A stretch of 63,679 nucleotides of DNA, from the IMG/VR virus record IMGVR_UViG_3300030102_005966, positions 1 through 63,679 of that record; one strand, written 5' to 3'. The DNA is from a virus (lineage: Duplodnaviria > Caudoviricetes). Shown here piece by piece: positions 17,121 to 25,566 of the stretch. The notes under the pieces were generated by a model that was given only the letters and a program-made list of their open reading frames with translations, was not told the DNA's origin and did not search any database. The stretch's first letter is position 1. Every line of letters begins with the position of its first letter. Made by a program: the position numbers and the translations under genes.

Positions 17121-18251
17121 ATGGCTAAGTCAGAAGTGCCGATAAGAAAGTTATCGGTTTCAGAAGTTGGTGCTATTGCACCACTCACCTATCAGACAAA
17201 CAGATTCTTCTGTTTGCTGGGCAAGGGAGGCAATGGTAAAACTACCATCGCTTCCACCGTGGTAGCTCCGGCTATCGGAGCTACTAGGGCAATGATCCTG
17301 AACTTCTCAGGATCATCTCCGATGGAGGTTCTTGGTTACGGCATCCCCGATGCTTCTACAAGAGACCTTTGGTTCTCTTGTCCTGAGAATCTCCCTACTA
17401 GGGAGAGGATCGGGGATGAGAAAATCCTTCTCGTCCTTGACGAGTTCACTGACTGGGACTTAGCAGTCCAGTCACTGTTCAAGTCTTGCTTCAACCCTGT
17501 TGATGGTGAGGCGAAGATCGGGACTCACGTTCTTGGTAAGAACGTCAAGATCATGGTGACTGGTAACCGTCGCCAAGACGGTTCCAGTAAGTCTTCGGTT
17601 CTGTCTGCTCCACAAGTGGAGAGACAGTTTACTTACATCCTTGAACCCACTCTTGATGAGTGGATTCAGTGGGTAGCCGACGAAGGCTTCGGTGACTCCG
17701 CCATTTTGACATATCTTGATATGGCAAATGGTCTTGAGGGAGTTGACCATTTCAATCCTATGATTGGAACTTGGGAAGGTGCTCCTCATCCATGTCCTAG
17801 GACATGGGATGCCGCTATCCGGTCAGTGTCTTTGACATCTGACCAGAACCTCCAGTCTATCCTTCTTGAAGGATCGGTTGGAATTGAAGCAGGCTCTGCC
17901 TGTATGTCCTTCTTGAATACTGTAGCAACTATGTTGCCAGTATACAAAAGGATTAGGGATGGAGTGGAAGAGATGGCACTCGACTCTAATGGAGTCGAAC
18001 GCTCACCCCAAGACCAGTATGGTCTTGTCCACTGTGCTCTCCGCAATCTCCTGAAGGAGACTGCGTCAGACCCTGAGGCAGCAGTAGTCGAAGACTCTGC
18101 TGGTAATACTGACATCGACTGGTTCGTCGATAGATTCCTTCTTGCTGGCAAGAATGAGATCGGTGAATGGGGCTACTCCGCTACTAAGCGGAATGGAGTT
18201 CCCATCAACAACCACCCTAAGCGTGAGCGTCTCCAAGGATTTGGAGACTAA
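17121..18251 (+). CDS. MoxR/CbbQ-like AAA+ ATPase
   Basis: Walker A GKGGNGKT, Walker B LLVLDEF, sensor TGN, C-terminal PCPRTW motif. Confidence 0.8.
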   Translation: MAKSEVPIRKLSVSEVGAIAPLTYQTNRFFCLLGKGGNGKTTIASTVVAPAIGATRAMILNFSGSSPMEVLGYGIPDASTRDLWFSCPENLPTRERIGDEKILLVLDEFTDWDLAVQSLFKSCFNPVDGEAKIGTHVLGKNVKIMVTGNRRQDGSSKSSVLSAPQVERQFTYILEPTLDEWIQWVADEGFGDSAILTYLDMANGLEGVDHFNPMIGTWEGAPHPCPRTWDAAIRSVSLTSDQNLQSILLEGSVGIEAGSACMSFLNTVATMLPVYKRIRDGVEEMALDSNGVERSPQDQYGLVHCALRNLLKETASDPEAAVVEDSAGNTDIDWFVDRFLLAGKNEIGEWGYSATKRNGVPINNHPKRERLQGFGD

Positions 18252-18350
18252 GCGCACTCACACTTCCCTCTTAGGAGGGGGGTTAGTAACTACTCTTTAT
18301 GCAGTAAAGAGTAGTTACACCCCCTCCGTTAAGAGAGGGAAGATAAACAA

Positions 18351-18403
18351 AACCGTTTGGATACAATCCAAACACAACTGCTACCTTTGGTAGCTTAGAA
18401 AGG
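18351..18403 (+). repeat. Early leader element copy 5
   Basis: aaccgtttggatacaatccaaacacaactgctacctttggtagcttagaaagg. Confidence 0.9.
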
Positions 18404-18410
18404 GTTAGTT

Positions 18411-19307
18411 ATGGCTAACACTGTTATCGTCGATGACAAAAAGATCGACACCAAAATGCGAAGCATAGTGAAATGCACTTTCACTGCTTCTTGTCCAGCA
18501 GCTACGGTGGTTCACCGTGTTGCCACTGAGAAAGTCAGTGACATCTACAACTCCAGCGACGAAGTCGCTTGGGTAAAGGTAGCTCCGATTCCCCGTAAGG
18601 GGAGTGTCTACGGTAGCTTAACCTCTGTTATTAACTCTACTGGAGTTAAGATCAGAGACATGGGCTTACCTTGTAAGACCGGAGGGACTTACATCCAGTC
18701 TGCTGATATCGAAGAGGTTATTACCATCTTCGATGAAGGTCAGAAGGAACTTGATCGACTTATCAAAGTCGTTCTTCCGGCTGAGTGGGACGGTATCGTA
18801 GCTAAAGCTACGAAGGATATGGGGGAACTTGCTAAAGCAGTTCCCATCCCAACTGCTGAAGTGTTCGGTTCCAAGTTTGGAATGGACATCATTTGGGAGC
18901 ACAGCCCTCAAGATATTGAGGGGACTGTAATGAAAGGAGTTGCCAACGAAGTTGCGGCTCGGATCAGAGCACAATCAAAGAAGTCCACTAAGGACATGTT
19001 TGTCACTGCTCATGGAGCACCTATTCAGGAAGTCATTACCTTCCTGACTGACACAATCAAACACCTTAGTGGTGGTAAGAGGTTGGGTCAGAAGAGGTTC
19101 GACAATGCCGCTAAAGCGGCTCAGAAGTTAGCGAAGAAAAACATTCTCGATCTCCCTGAGATTGAGAGTGTTATCCAAGCTATGGCTTCGATTGGTGCAA
19201 CCAATCGTGATGACATTGTCACTGACAGTGACAAGGATAAAGTCATCGAGAAAGTGAAACACGCTACCAAGGTAGCGTTGACTGCCAAGGCAGACCTTGG
19301 TCTGTAG
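18411..19307 (+). CDS. Helical partner protein of the AAA/vWA module (DUF3150-like by position and character)
   Basis: 298 aa between the AAA and vWA genes; family call is tentative. Confidence 0.5.
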   Translation: MANTVIVDDKKIDTKMRSIVKCTFTASCPAATVVHRVATEKVSDIYNSSDEVAWVKVAPIPRKGSVYGSLTSVINSTGVKIRDMGLPCKTGGTYIQSADIEEVITIFDEGQKELDRLIKVVLPAEWDGIVAKATKDMGELAKAVPIPTAEVFGSKFGMDIIWEHSPQDIEGTVMKGVANEVAARIRAQSKKSTKDMFVTAHGAPIQEVITFLTDTIKHLSGGKRLGQKRFDNAAKAAQKLAKKNILDLPEIESVIQAMASIGATNRDDIVTDSDKDKVIEKVKHATKVALTAKADLGL

Positions 19308-19309
19308 TT

Positions 19310-19364
19310 AACCCGTTTGGATACAATCCAAACACAACTGCCACCTCCGGTGGCTTAGAAAGGA
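19310..19364 (+). repeat. Early leader element copy 6
   Basis: aacccgtttggatacaatccaaacacaactgccacctccggtggcttagaaagga. Confidence 0.9.
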
Positions 19365-19369
19365 ACACT

Positions 19370-20953
19370 ATGAGTGTTGCTGTTAGAGCGAAAGCTCGTG
19401 AAATTCCTAGCTACGTAGTAGCTGGGTCAAAGATATCCGTTCCCATTAATGGGAAGGACATCCTTGCTAGGGCATTGAGAGTAGTCAGAGACTACTGTCC
19501 ACTTGCCTACGGCAAGTTGGTAGCCATGGACTGGTTCGGCACTGACCGAACTGCCTACGGTGCTACCGATGGTAGGAAGCTTTTGCTTAATCCCAAGGGA
19601 TTAGCGAAGCTGGCAGAGACATCCGACCCTGTCGGACTGACTGCCTTCTTGCTTCTCCATGAAGCTTACCATGCTTTGCTTGGTCATGGTCATAGACTGA
19701 AAGGTCTTAACCACGATTTAGCAAATCGTGCCGCTGACTACTCAATCAACTGGTTGATTAGTCAGGAGAACAACAAGTATGATAGGGAACACTTCCCTAT
19801 CATCGAAGGTGCTCTGCTTGATTCTCGCTTTGACAATATGTCAACCATCGAGATATACCGTCAGTTGCTCAAGGAGCAACCCGAACCACCTCAGGGTGAC
19901 AACCCTGAGGGGGGTGGAGGTGGAGAACGGATCAACGTCAACGGCACTCCTAATCCCGAAGGGGATTCGGAGGACGGTGATGGTGACGGAGACACCGAAG
20001 GTGGTAGCACCGAAGGTGAGGACACTGGAAGTGGAAACACCGAAGGTGACGAAGACGGTGAAGGCACTGAAGGTGGAGACACCGAAGGTGACGGCGGGGA
20101 TGACACCGAAGGTGACGACTCCACTAGTGGAGGAGGAGCTGACACCAACCCCGGCAAGCCGAAGTCTGACAGTGAAATTCTCGGAGATGACTTTGCTGGC
20201 AAGGGAGGTCAAGATACCTTCGAGCCGAAGGCTAATCCGAAGGAGAAGAAATCTCAGGAAGAGATTGAGAAGGAGATTGATCAGCACAACGAAAAGGTTG
20301 TGTTGATTGATCGGATGGCTGAATCCTGTGGGATTGGTGGCTCTGCTGGAACACGTTCTGTTGCAGAACAGAACAGTGTTACAAAGAAGCCCTTTGACTG
20401 GGCTTCCTATCTCATCCACTGGATGTCAGCAAGGCTGGATGAAGGTTGGAACAAGATGTTCAACACTCCGATGTATTCCTCTACAGGAATGGTTTGTGCT
20501 GGACGAGAGAGAAAGTCAGCTGGAAAGCTGGTCATCGTCGTAGACGATAGTGGATCTATCTATGATAGACTTCTCAAGTTGTTCTTGCTCTGTGTCCAAG
20601 AAGTCTTGGACGAGATGAAGCCTGAGGTTATACACCTCATTGCTGTAGACAACCACTATCCTACAGAGGATAGACAGTGGGAGTTAAGACCGGGGGACAC
20701 CGTCCCCGACAGACTCCCCAATGGTGGTGGAGGCACTGCTTTTCAGCCAGCATTTGACTGGGTGGAGGACAACTGTCCTGACTGTGATGGTCTTGTCTAC
20801 ATCACTGATGGTCAGAGCTGGGATATCAGTGATATCCGCGAGCCGGACTATCCGGTCTTTTGGTTGAGCTGGTGGCTCAACAAGGATAGCTTCCCCTTTG
20901 GGGACGCTCACCGGATTGATCCATCAATCGCCAGTTACGACCACGGTCGGTAA
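19370..20953 (+). CDS. DUF2201-like metallopeptidase + acidic linker + vWA domain protein
   Basis: ATDG, HEAYH, N.AAD..IN; long G/D/E/T linker; MIDAS VDDSGS, GGGGT, YITDG. Confidence 0.85.
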   Translation: MSVAVRAKAREIPSYVVAGSKISVPINGKDILARALRVVRDYCPLAYGKLVAMDWFGTDRTAYGATDGRKLLLNPKGLAKLAETSDPVGLTAFLLLHEAYHALLGHGHRLKGLNHDLANRAADYSINWLISQENNKYDREHFPIIEGALLDSRFDNMSTIEIYRQLLKEQPEPPQGDNPEGGGGGERINVNGTPNPEGDSEDGDGDGDTEGGSTEGEDTGSGNTEGDEDGEGTEGGDTEGDGGDDTEGDDSTSGGGADTNPGKPKSDSEILGDDFAGKGGQDTFEPKANPKEKKSQEEIEKEIDQHNEKVVLIDRMAESCGIGGSAGTRSVAEQNSVTKKPFDWASYLIHWMSARLDEGWNKMFNTPMYSSTGMVCAGRERKSAGKLVIVVDDSGSIYDRLLKLFLLCVQEVLDEMKPEVIHLIAVDNHYPTEDRQWELRPGDTVPDRLPNGGGGTAFQPAFDWVEDNCPDCDGLVYITDGQSWDISDIREPDYPVFWLSWWLNKDSFPFGDAHRIDPSIASYDHGR

Positions 20954-20994
20954 CCAATCGTCCTAAGCATGACATTAAACTGCTTACTTATACT

Positions 20995-21033
20995 AACCCG
21001 TTTGGATATAATCCAAACACAAAACAGAAAGGA
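20995..21033 (+). repeat. Early leader element copy 7 (first hairpin + SD only)
   Basis: aacccgtttggatataatccaaacacaaaacagaaagga. Confidence 0.8.
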
Positions 21034-21038
21034 AGCCA

Positions 21039-21257
21039 ATGGCTTATGAAAAAATAGCGGTTAAGATTAACCGTAGAGATGGAGATGGAGTGTATTACAT
21101 ACAGTCCATAAAGGGATCAGTAACCCTTACGGTTATCATTGATAACCAAGACGAAACGCTGAGAGTAGGTGACGAAGTGTCTGAGAAGGAGGTTGAATAC
21201 CTCGTTGATCGGCATAGGTCTTACTCTGTAACTATAAGCAGTGTGAAAGGAGGTTAA
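21039..21257 (+). CDS. Hypothetical early protein
   Basis: 72 aa, strong SD. Confidence 0.7.
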   Translation: MAYEKIAVKINRRDGDGVYYIQSIKGSVTLTVIIDNQDETLRVGDEVSEKEVEYLVDRHRSYSVTISSVKGG

Positions 21258-21260
21258 GTT

Positions 21261-21689
21261 ATGTGGATACATAGTGAAAAAGGATTCCTCTCTATAGTAG
21301 AGTTCATTGGGAGTCCCGATAACTTGCTTGTAAGAGCAAGGTATGACGGAGACATTGAACGTATCTTTGGAGAAGATACTTATGTGATGGCTGGAGCTGG
21401 CTCTGACTATGAATTCCGGGCTGTTGTTCCTAGGGAACAAGTGTCTGCTGTCATTCATAGAATGGTTGACGAAATTAGTTACCCTAATTTTAAAGACCGG
21501 ATGGAGAACGTCCATCGTCGCCAACATTCGGACTACCTAGGTAGTATCCACCCTGCTATCAAACCATCAACTGATATGGTTGAAGTAAAGCAAAATGCTT
21601 TACATAGAGTTTGGGAAGTTATGTTCCAAGCTCAACAAGAAGCTGACGCTTGCATAGACTGGACTAATGTAGTCGAGACTAGTGAGTAA
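21261..21689 (+). CDS. Conserved hypothetical protein (MW....GF.S.V...L.VRAR...DY.FR...I.Y.NFK family)
   Basis: Recognisable motif pattern; SD aaaggaggt. Confidence 0.7.
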   Translation: MWIHSEKGFLSIVEFIGSPDNLLVRARYDGDIERIFGEDTYVMAGAGSDYEFRAVVPREQVSAVIHRMVDEISYPNFKDRMENVHRRQHSDYLGSIHPAIKPSTDMVEVKQNALHRVWEVMFQAQQEADACIDWTNVVETSE

Positions 21690-21697
21690 ATAAACAA

Positions 21698-21750
21698 AAC
21701 CGTTTGGATACAATCCAAACACAACTGCCACTACGGTGGCTTAGAAAGGA
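21698..21750 (+). repeat. Early leader element copy 8
   Basis: aaccgtttggatacaatccaaacacaactgccactacggtggcttagaaagga. Confidence 0.9.
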
Positions 21751-21755
21751 TCAAC

Positions 21756-22295
21756 ATGAAAGATGTTGAAACTAAAGTAGCCGATTACATCGGTAAAAAT
21801 CCTGCATTTAGAATGCAGGTAGCTAAGTTCCTGCTGTCACAGGAACTATTAGAAGAGGGTTATACCCTGAGTTCTTCGGAACCGGAGGTGACCACTCCCC
21901 CCAAACAAGAGAGGGTAAAGAACACGACCACTACTGGTCATGTTCTCTACTGGAGCAACAAACTTCTGAATGACAGAGCAGAGGAAGTTGCTAGGATAAT
22001 TCAGGAACTTGTTCCTGACACCACCCTTGATGGATGCCGTGGTAAAAACACCAACGGTATGAAGTCGGTTGTTCACAACCTGTGGCGAGGCAAGAAAGCA
22101 GTGGATGCTGTTGAACTGGCGTTAGGTGAACCTAACTCCATAAAGTCCCGAAGGACTATTGGAAGACAAACCGCTAGTCGGTTTGTCAATCGCTTCCTAG
22201 TTCCTTACTTCCTCCTTGAGGACAGGGGACACTTCGATAAGGCAGACCCTTCCAAGGGAATGGGTCTTGAGGATTTAATTGCTTCAAACCTGTAG
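21756..22295 (+). CDS. Hypothetical early protein
   Basis: 179 aa after a leader element. Confidence 0.7.
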   Translation: MKDVETKVADYIGKNPAFRMQVAKFLLSQELLEEGYTLSSSEPEVTTPPKQERVKNTTTTGHVLYWSNKLLNDRAEEVARIIQELVPDTTLDGCRGKNTNGMKSVVHNLWRGKKAVDAVELALGEPNSIKSRRTIGRQTASRFVNRFLVPYFLLEDRGHFDKADPSKGMGLEDLIASNL

Positions 22296-22377
22296 CAATT
22301 AATCCACACTCCACCCTGTCTCCTCCACACTGGAGGAGGCAGGGTATTAAACAACAAACAAGAAAGGATACAAAACA

Positions 22378-22698
22378 ATGAGTGTTTTGACAAAGACCGT
22401 GAAGACGGAAACAAAAGAACCGCTACCGAGTGTAGCGGAATTATTAGAACTGCTGGAAAACATCAGCAGTCACATGAACGAAGCCAGTAGTTTACTGGGG
22501 GATGTTGAAGGCTATGTCGAAGACGTAGTCGAAGAGGTTAAGGGTATAGACGGGGAGAACAAATCCTATGAGGTAGAGCAGTTGCTCTACGAGAATGTCA
22601 TACTCCAAGCTGATAGCATCAGCATCGACAATGAAATTGGCGAGGTCAATGATATTGTTAATAGCCTCCATAATGATATGGAGGTAGGTGATGAGTGA
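22378..22698 (+). CDS. Highly acidic small protein
   Basis: 106 aa, Glu/Asp-rich, SD agaaaggatacaaaa. Confidence 0.7.
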   Translation: MSVLTKTVKTETKEPLPSVAELLELLENISSHMNEASSLLGDVEGYVEDVVEEVKGIDGENKSYEVEQLLYENVILQADSISIDNEIGEVNDIVNSLHNDMEVGDE

Positions 22699-22855
22699 AT
22701 CAACAGAGGACTTCTTAGAAAGGTTTGAGCAATTCTTAATGAAAGAAGTTGGCGAGAACTGGTACTACGAATTCACAATGGAAGAAGACTCAACCTTATA
22801 CTTCAAGGTATTGAATGTGTGGGGTGAGCAGTTCAAGGAGGACAACGATGAGTAG
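22691..22855 (+). CDS. Small acidic protein, 54 aa
   Basis: Manual: MSESTEDFLERFEQFLMKEVGENWYYEF...; SD ggaggt; overlaps both neighbours. Confidence 0.55.
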   Translation: MSESTEDFLERFEQFLMKEVGENWYYEFTMEEDSTLYFKVLNVWGEQFKEDNDE

Positions 22856-22961
22856 CAAAATAGAAATGATACTTTCGTTGATCACGCTACCCACTATAGG
22901 AATAGTGGGGTTCTTGGTGATGATCATCAAAGAGAAACTAAACAGAAAGGATACAAAGTGA
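22848..22961 (+). CDS. 37-aa single-TM peptide
   Basis: Manual: MSSKIEMILSLITLPTIGIVGFLVMIIKEKLNRKDTK*; SD aaggagg. Confidence 0.5.
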   Translation: MSSKIEMILSLITLPTIGIVGFLVMIIKEKLNRKDTK

Positions 22962-23287
22962 AGATTATAAATATACTTGTAGGAGATGCAGATCAAGCTA
23001 CCGACATTTGTCGGATGCTTAATCACGCCGAAGCAGTAGGAGAACTCGACTTCTCCTTTGACGTATCAGTAACAGATACTGAATCGGATGAAGATGAAGA
23101 ACCGGAGGTTGTCATGTCATGGGATAGAGAGATGTTCTTTGAGGATGACGAAGTCACCGATGAGGAGTGGGCTGAGTGTTGTGCTAAAGCAAATGGCATG
23201 GACTGCTCCGGAATATGGGAGGATGTGGCTTTTACAATCGAAACTCATCTAAAGGAGATGAGGGAAGCAAAGAAAGGAGATGCCTAA
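22958..23287 (+). CDS. Acidic hypothetical protein
   Basis: 109 aa, GTG after agaaaggatacaaa. Confidence 0.7.
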   Translation: MKIINILVGDADQATDICRMLNHAEAVGELDFSFDVSVTDTESDEDEEPEVVMSWDREMFFEDDEVTDEEWAECCAKANGMDCSGIWEDVAFTIETHLKEMREAKKGDA

Positions 23288-23444
23288 CATCAAGATGTTC
23301 ATCTACAAATCGGGCGACTACTGGAAGATATGTTCTTCCAACAACCCAACCAATGTGATTACTCTTGATGACCCGAAGGGTGCAAAGAGAATTGCTTGGT
23401 GCTTGGGCTGGAAGTTGGTTCGCAAAAAGGAATGGGACTCTTAG
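23280..23444 (+). CDS. Small protein, 54 aa
   Basis: Manual: MPNIKMFIYKSGDYWKICSSNNP...; agaaagg SD. Confidence 0.45.
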   Translation: MPNIKMFIYKSGDYWKICSSNNPTNVITLDDPKGAKRIAWCLGWKLVRKKEWDS

Positions 23445-23457
23445 TCCTGCCAATATA

Positions 23458-23551
23458 TTTAAGACCAGTGGTAGCCCTGCTGGTGCATAGCTTTGTAATG
23501 GCGGATGTCATTACCTATGTGCTGGCGGGGTTACTTATGGTCTATAGAAAC
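23458..23551 (+). ncRNA. Long G-U-rich RNA hairpin
   Basis: ggtagccctgctggtgcatag pairs with ctatgtgctggcggggttact through many G-U wobbles, valid on the plus strand only. Confidence 0.6.
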
Positions 23552-23605
23552 TGCATGTTAATGCAACAGCAACAAGATAAAACAAGATAAAAGGAGATAA
23601 TTAAA

Positions 23606-23926
23606 ATGAAGAAAAAATATTACACACTTTTTGTTACGGAAGAAAGTGATTATCATTGTGAAAGGATAGTCGCAACTTACGAGGCTGAAGAAAACTCAAA
23701 CCCAAAAGATCTTTTTGATCTATTCTTAGAAGAACAAAATGAGAAGAACGCTTGTTGGAGTGCAACAGAGGGAAAAATACCTAACAACAACTCATCGTAT
23801 GTAGTCGAAGGAATAACAGTATCAGACTCTCCTGTATACTTCATCCATTTAGATGAAGTAGATGGAAGTAAATACAATAAGGGTTTAGGACTCATTCACG
23901 ATCCATCAAACAGACTAGGATTTTAG
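23606..23926 (+). CDS. Hypothetical protein
   Basis: 106 aa, SD aaaggag, more AT-rich than neighbours. Confidence 0.7.
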   Translation: MKKKYYTLFVTEESDYHCERIVATYEAEENSNPKDLFDLFLEEQNEKNACWSATEGKIPNNNSSYVVEGITVSDSPVYFIHLDEVDGSKYNKGLGLIHDPSNRLGF

Positions 23927-23984
23927 TCCCGAATATTAATAGCCCCCTCTTCGGAGGGGGCATCCAAAACAGAAAGGATACAAA

Positions 23985-24299
23985 GTGAGTAAACAAAAAG
24001 AAATTCATGTAGAATACGAGTTGATTTTGCGGTATCAAACCGACACTGAACTCGTCTTAGACGTAAGAAAAGATACTGTCGATTCAGATGGCGAACCTAT
24101 AGAAGAAGAGTATGTCGAAGGATTTTTCTACGACCATCGGGATCTCAAGAAAAACTATAAAGATGCTGTCACAGAATTCCTTGAACTAAAAGAAAAATAT
24201 CCCGATGCTCATGTCACCGATGATATTCTAGAGGAAGCAACAGAGTTATTAGCAATCCGTTACGGCAAAGGCTCATGGGAGGTAGCATCAAATGGGTGA
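23985..24299 (+). CDS. Acidic hypothetical protein
   Basis: 104 aa, GTG after agaaaggatacaaa. Confidence 0.7.
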   Translation: MSKQKEIHVEYELILRYQTDTELVLDVRKDTVDSDGEPIEEEYVEGFFYDHRDLKKNYKDAVTEFLELKEKYPDAHVTDDILEEATELLAIRYGKGSWEVASNG

Positions 24300-24627
24300 A
24301 CGAAATCCCAAGAACAAATCAGTCTACGTGGTGGAGCTTGAGCTTGCTGTTTCAGAACGGGGGTTCTTCAAGAAGAACAACCCTGACTACAAGGAAGGTC
24401 AACCATGCGTCTACGTAGGCATGACCGGACGCGAACCAACCGAAAGGTTTGCAGTCCATAAGAGTGACAGCCCGAAGGGAAGCCGAAAGGTAAGACGCTT
24501 CGGGATCAAACTCCTACCGGAGTTATACGAACACCTCAATCCCATGACATGGGATGAGGCTACTAAGCAAGAAAAAGAACTGGCTGACACCCTCCGTAGC
24601 AAAGGCTACGGAGTGGTGCAGTCTTAA
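24292..24627 (+). CDS. GIY-YIG-like nuclease
   Basis: SVYVVEL...CVYVGMTG..P.ERF..H...E..LA motif pattern. Confidence 0.7.
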   Translation: MGERNPKNKSVYVVELELAVSERGFFKKNNPDYKEGQPCVYVGMTGREPTERFAVHKSDSPKGSRKVRRFGIKLLPELYEHLNPMTWDEATKQEKELADTLRSKGYGVVQS

Positions 24628-24643
24628 CGAGAAAGGATACAAA

Positions 24644-25057
24644 ATGGTTAGGCTACTTTATAGTGATGTCCCTCGTATTTACGAGAAAGACCAACGGTGG
24701 GAAAACTCCATGATACCTTATGCTGATCATTACGTTATGAGTAATGGAAATCTTACAAGGCTCGAAGGAACAGACCCCGGACACAGCTACGGTTACTTTG
24801 CTACAACCGTAGCCCAAGGAATAGTAATGGACACTCCACCGGAGATGGAACATCGCAATCAAAGCCCAATCCCCTGCATATACGAAGATAACTGGATGCA
24901 TTTCAAGTGGGAAGTTATCGACCAACTGCTCCCGATCTATGATCGTGCTGACGATTGGACTAGCGAAGTTGGTTTGGATAAAGAGGTAGTGGATCAGACA
25001 GAGTGGGACTCATGGTGTAAACCTGCTGATGGTTGGGATTCACTTGATGTCTATTAA
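24644..25057 (+). CDS. Paralog 1 of the E.NWM.F....D.LLPI.D family
   Basis: Start re-assigned to the ATG after gaaaggatacaaa; shares the motif with the next two genes. Confidence 0.7.
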   Translation: MVRLLYSDVPRIYEKDQRWENSMIPYADHYVMSNGNLTRLEGTDPGHSYGYFATTVAQGIVMDTPPEMEHRNQSPIPCIYEDNWMHFKWEVIDQLLPIYDRADDWTSEVGLDKEVVDQTEWDSWCKPADGWDSLDVY

Positions 25058-25074
25058 AATAGAAAGGATACAAA

Positions 25075-25566
25075 ATGGTTAAGCTAACAAAACAGACTAG
25101 TGGTGGATATAATCATCCACGATTAATCCGAAACAATAAAGGGGACACGGTAAATTCTTTTACGGTGTATAACTCTGAGTGGTATGACGAACAACTTGCT
25201 GACTGCAGTGGCGACTTGATGTATACTCGCGGTGAAACAGCGATTCCGGAGGAAGATATTCTGAATGCAAAAGAATCCGGTCGGTCGCGTCGGTGGCGAC
25301 CCGACGAAAGTAACTGGATGGACTTCCAAATATCTGTTCATGATGAACTTCTTCCCATCTACGATGATTGTGTGAGGGACAATGATTGGTATTGCAGAAA
25401 GCGAAGGGGGTGTCACTCTTCCTTCGCCATCGGTGAGGGAAGTATTCCTGCACCAGCAGAGGGAGACTTCAACCACGCTAGAAGAACCCATACCTATTAC
25501 CAATCAGTGGCAGAGATGAGGGAAGCAGACAAAAAAGCTGAAGAAAAAAGGATACAAAATGGTTAA
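25075..25566 (+). CDS. Paralog 2 of the E.NWM.F....D.LLPI.D family
   Basis: ESNWMDFQISVHDELLPIYDD. Confidence 0.7.
   Translation: MVKLTKQTSGGYNHPRLIRNNKGDTVNSFTVYNSEWYDEQLADCSGDLMYTRGETAIPEEDILNAKESGRSRRWRPDESNWMDFQISVHDELLPIYDDCVRDNDWYCRKRRGCHSSFAIGEGSIPAPAEGDFNHARRTHTYYQSVAEMREADKKAEEKRIQNG

Noticed and set aside
14449-21750. Leader repeats as a CRISPR array
   Set aside because: Copies are separated by whole genes of 0.6-1.7 kb rather than 30-40-nt spacers, end in an SD, and no cas operon is present
14449-21750. Leader repeats as integron attC sites
   Set aside because: No consistent RYYYAAC...GTTRRRY ends forming a single stem, and no tyrosine recombinase recognised in the genome
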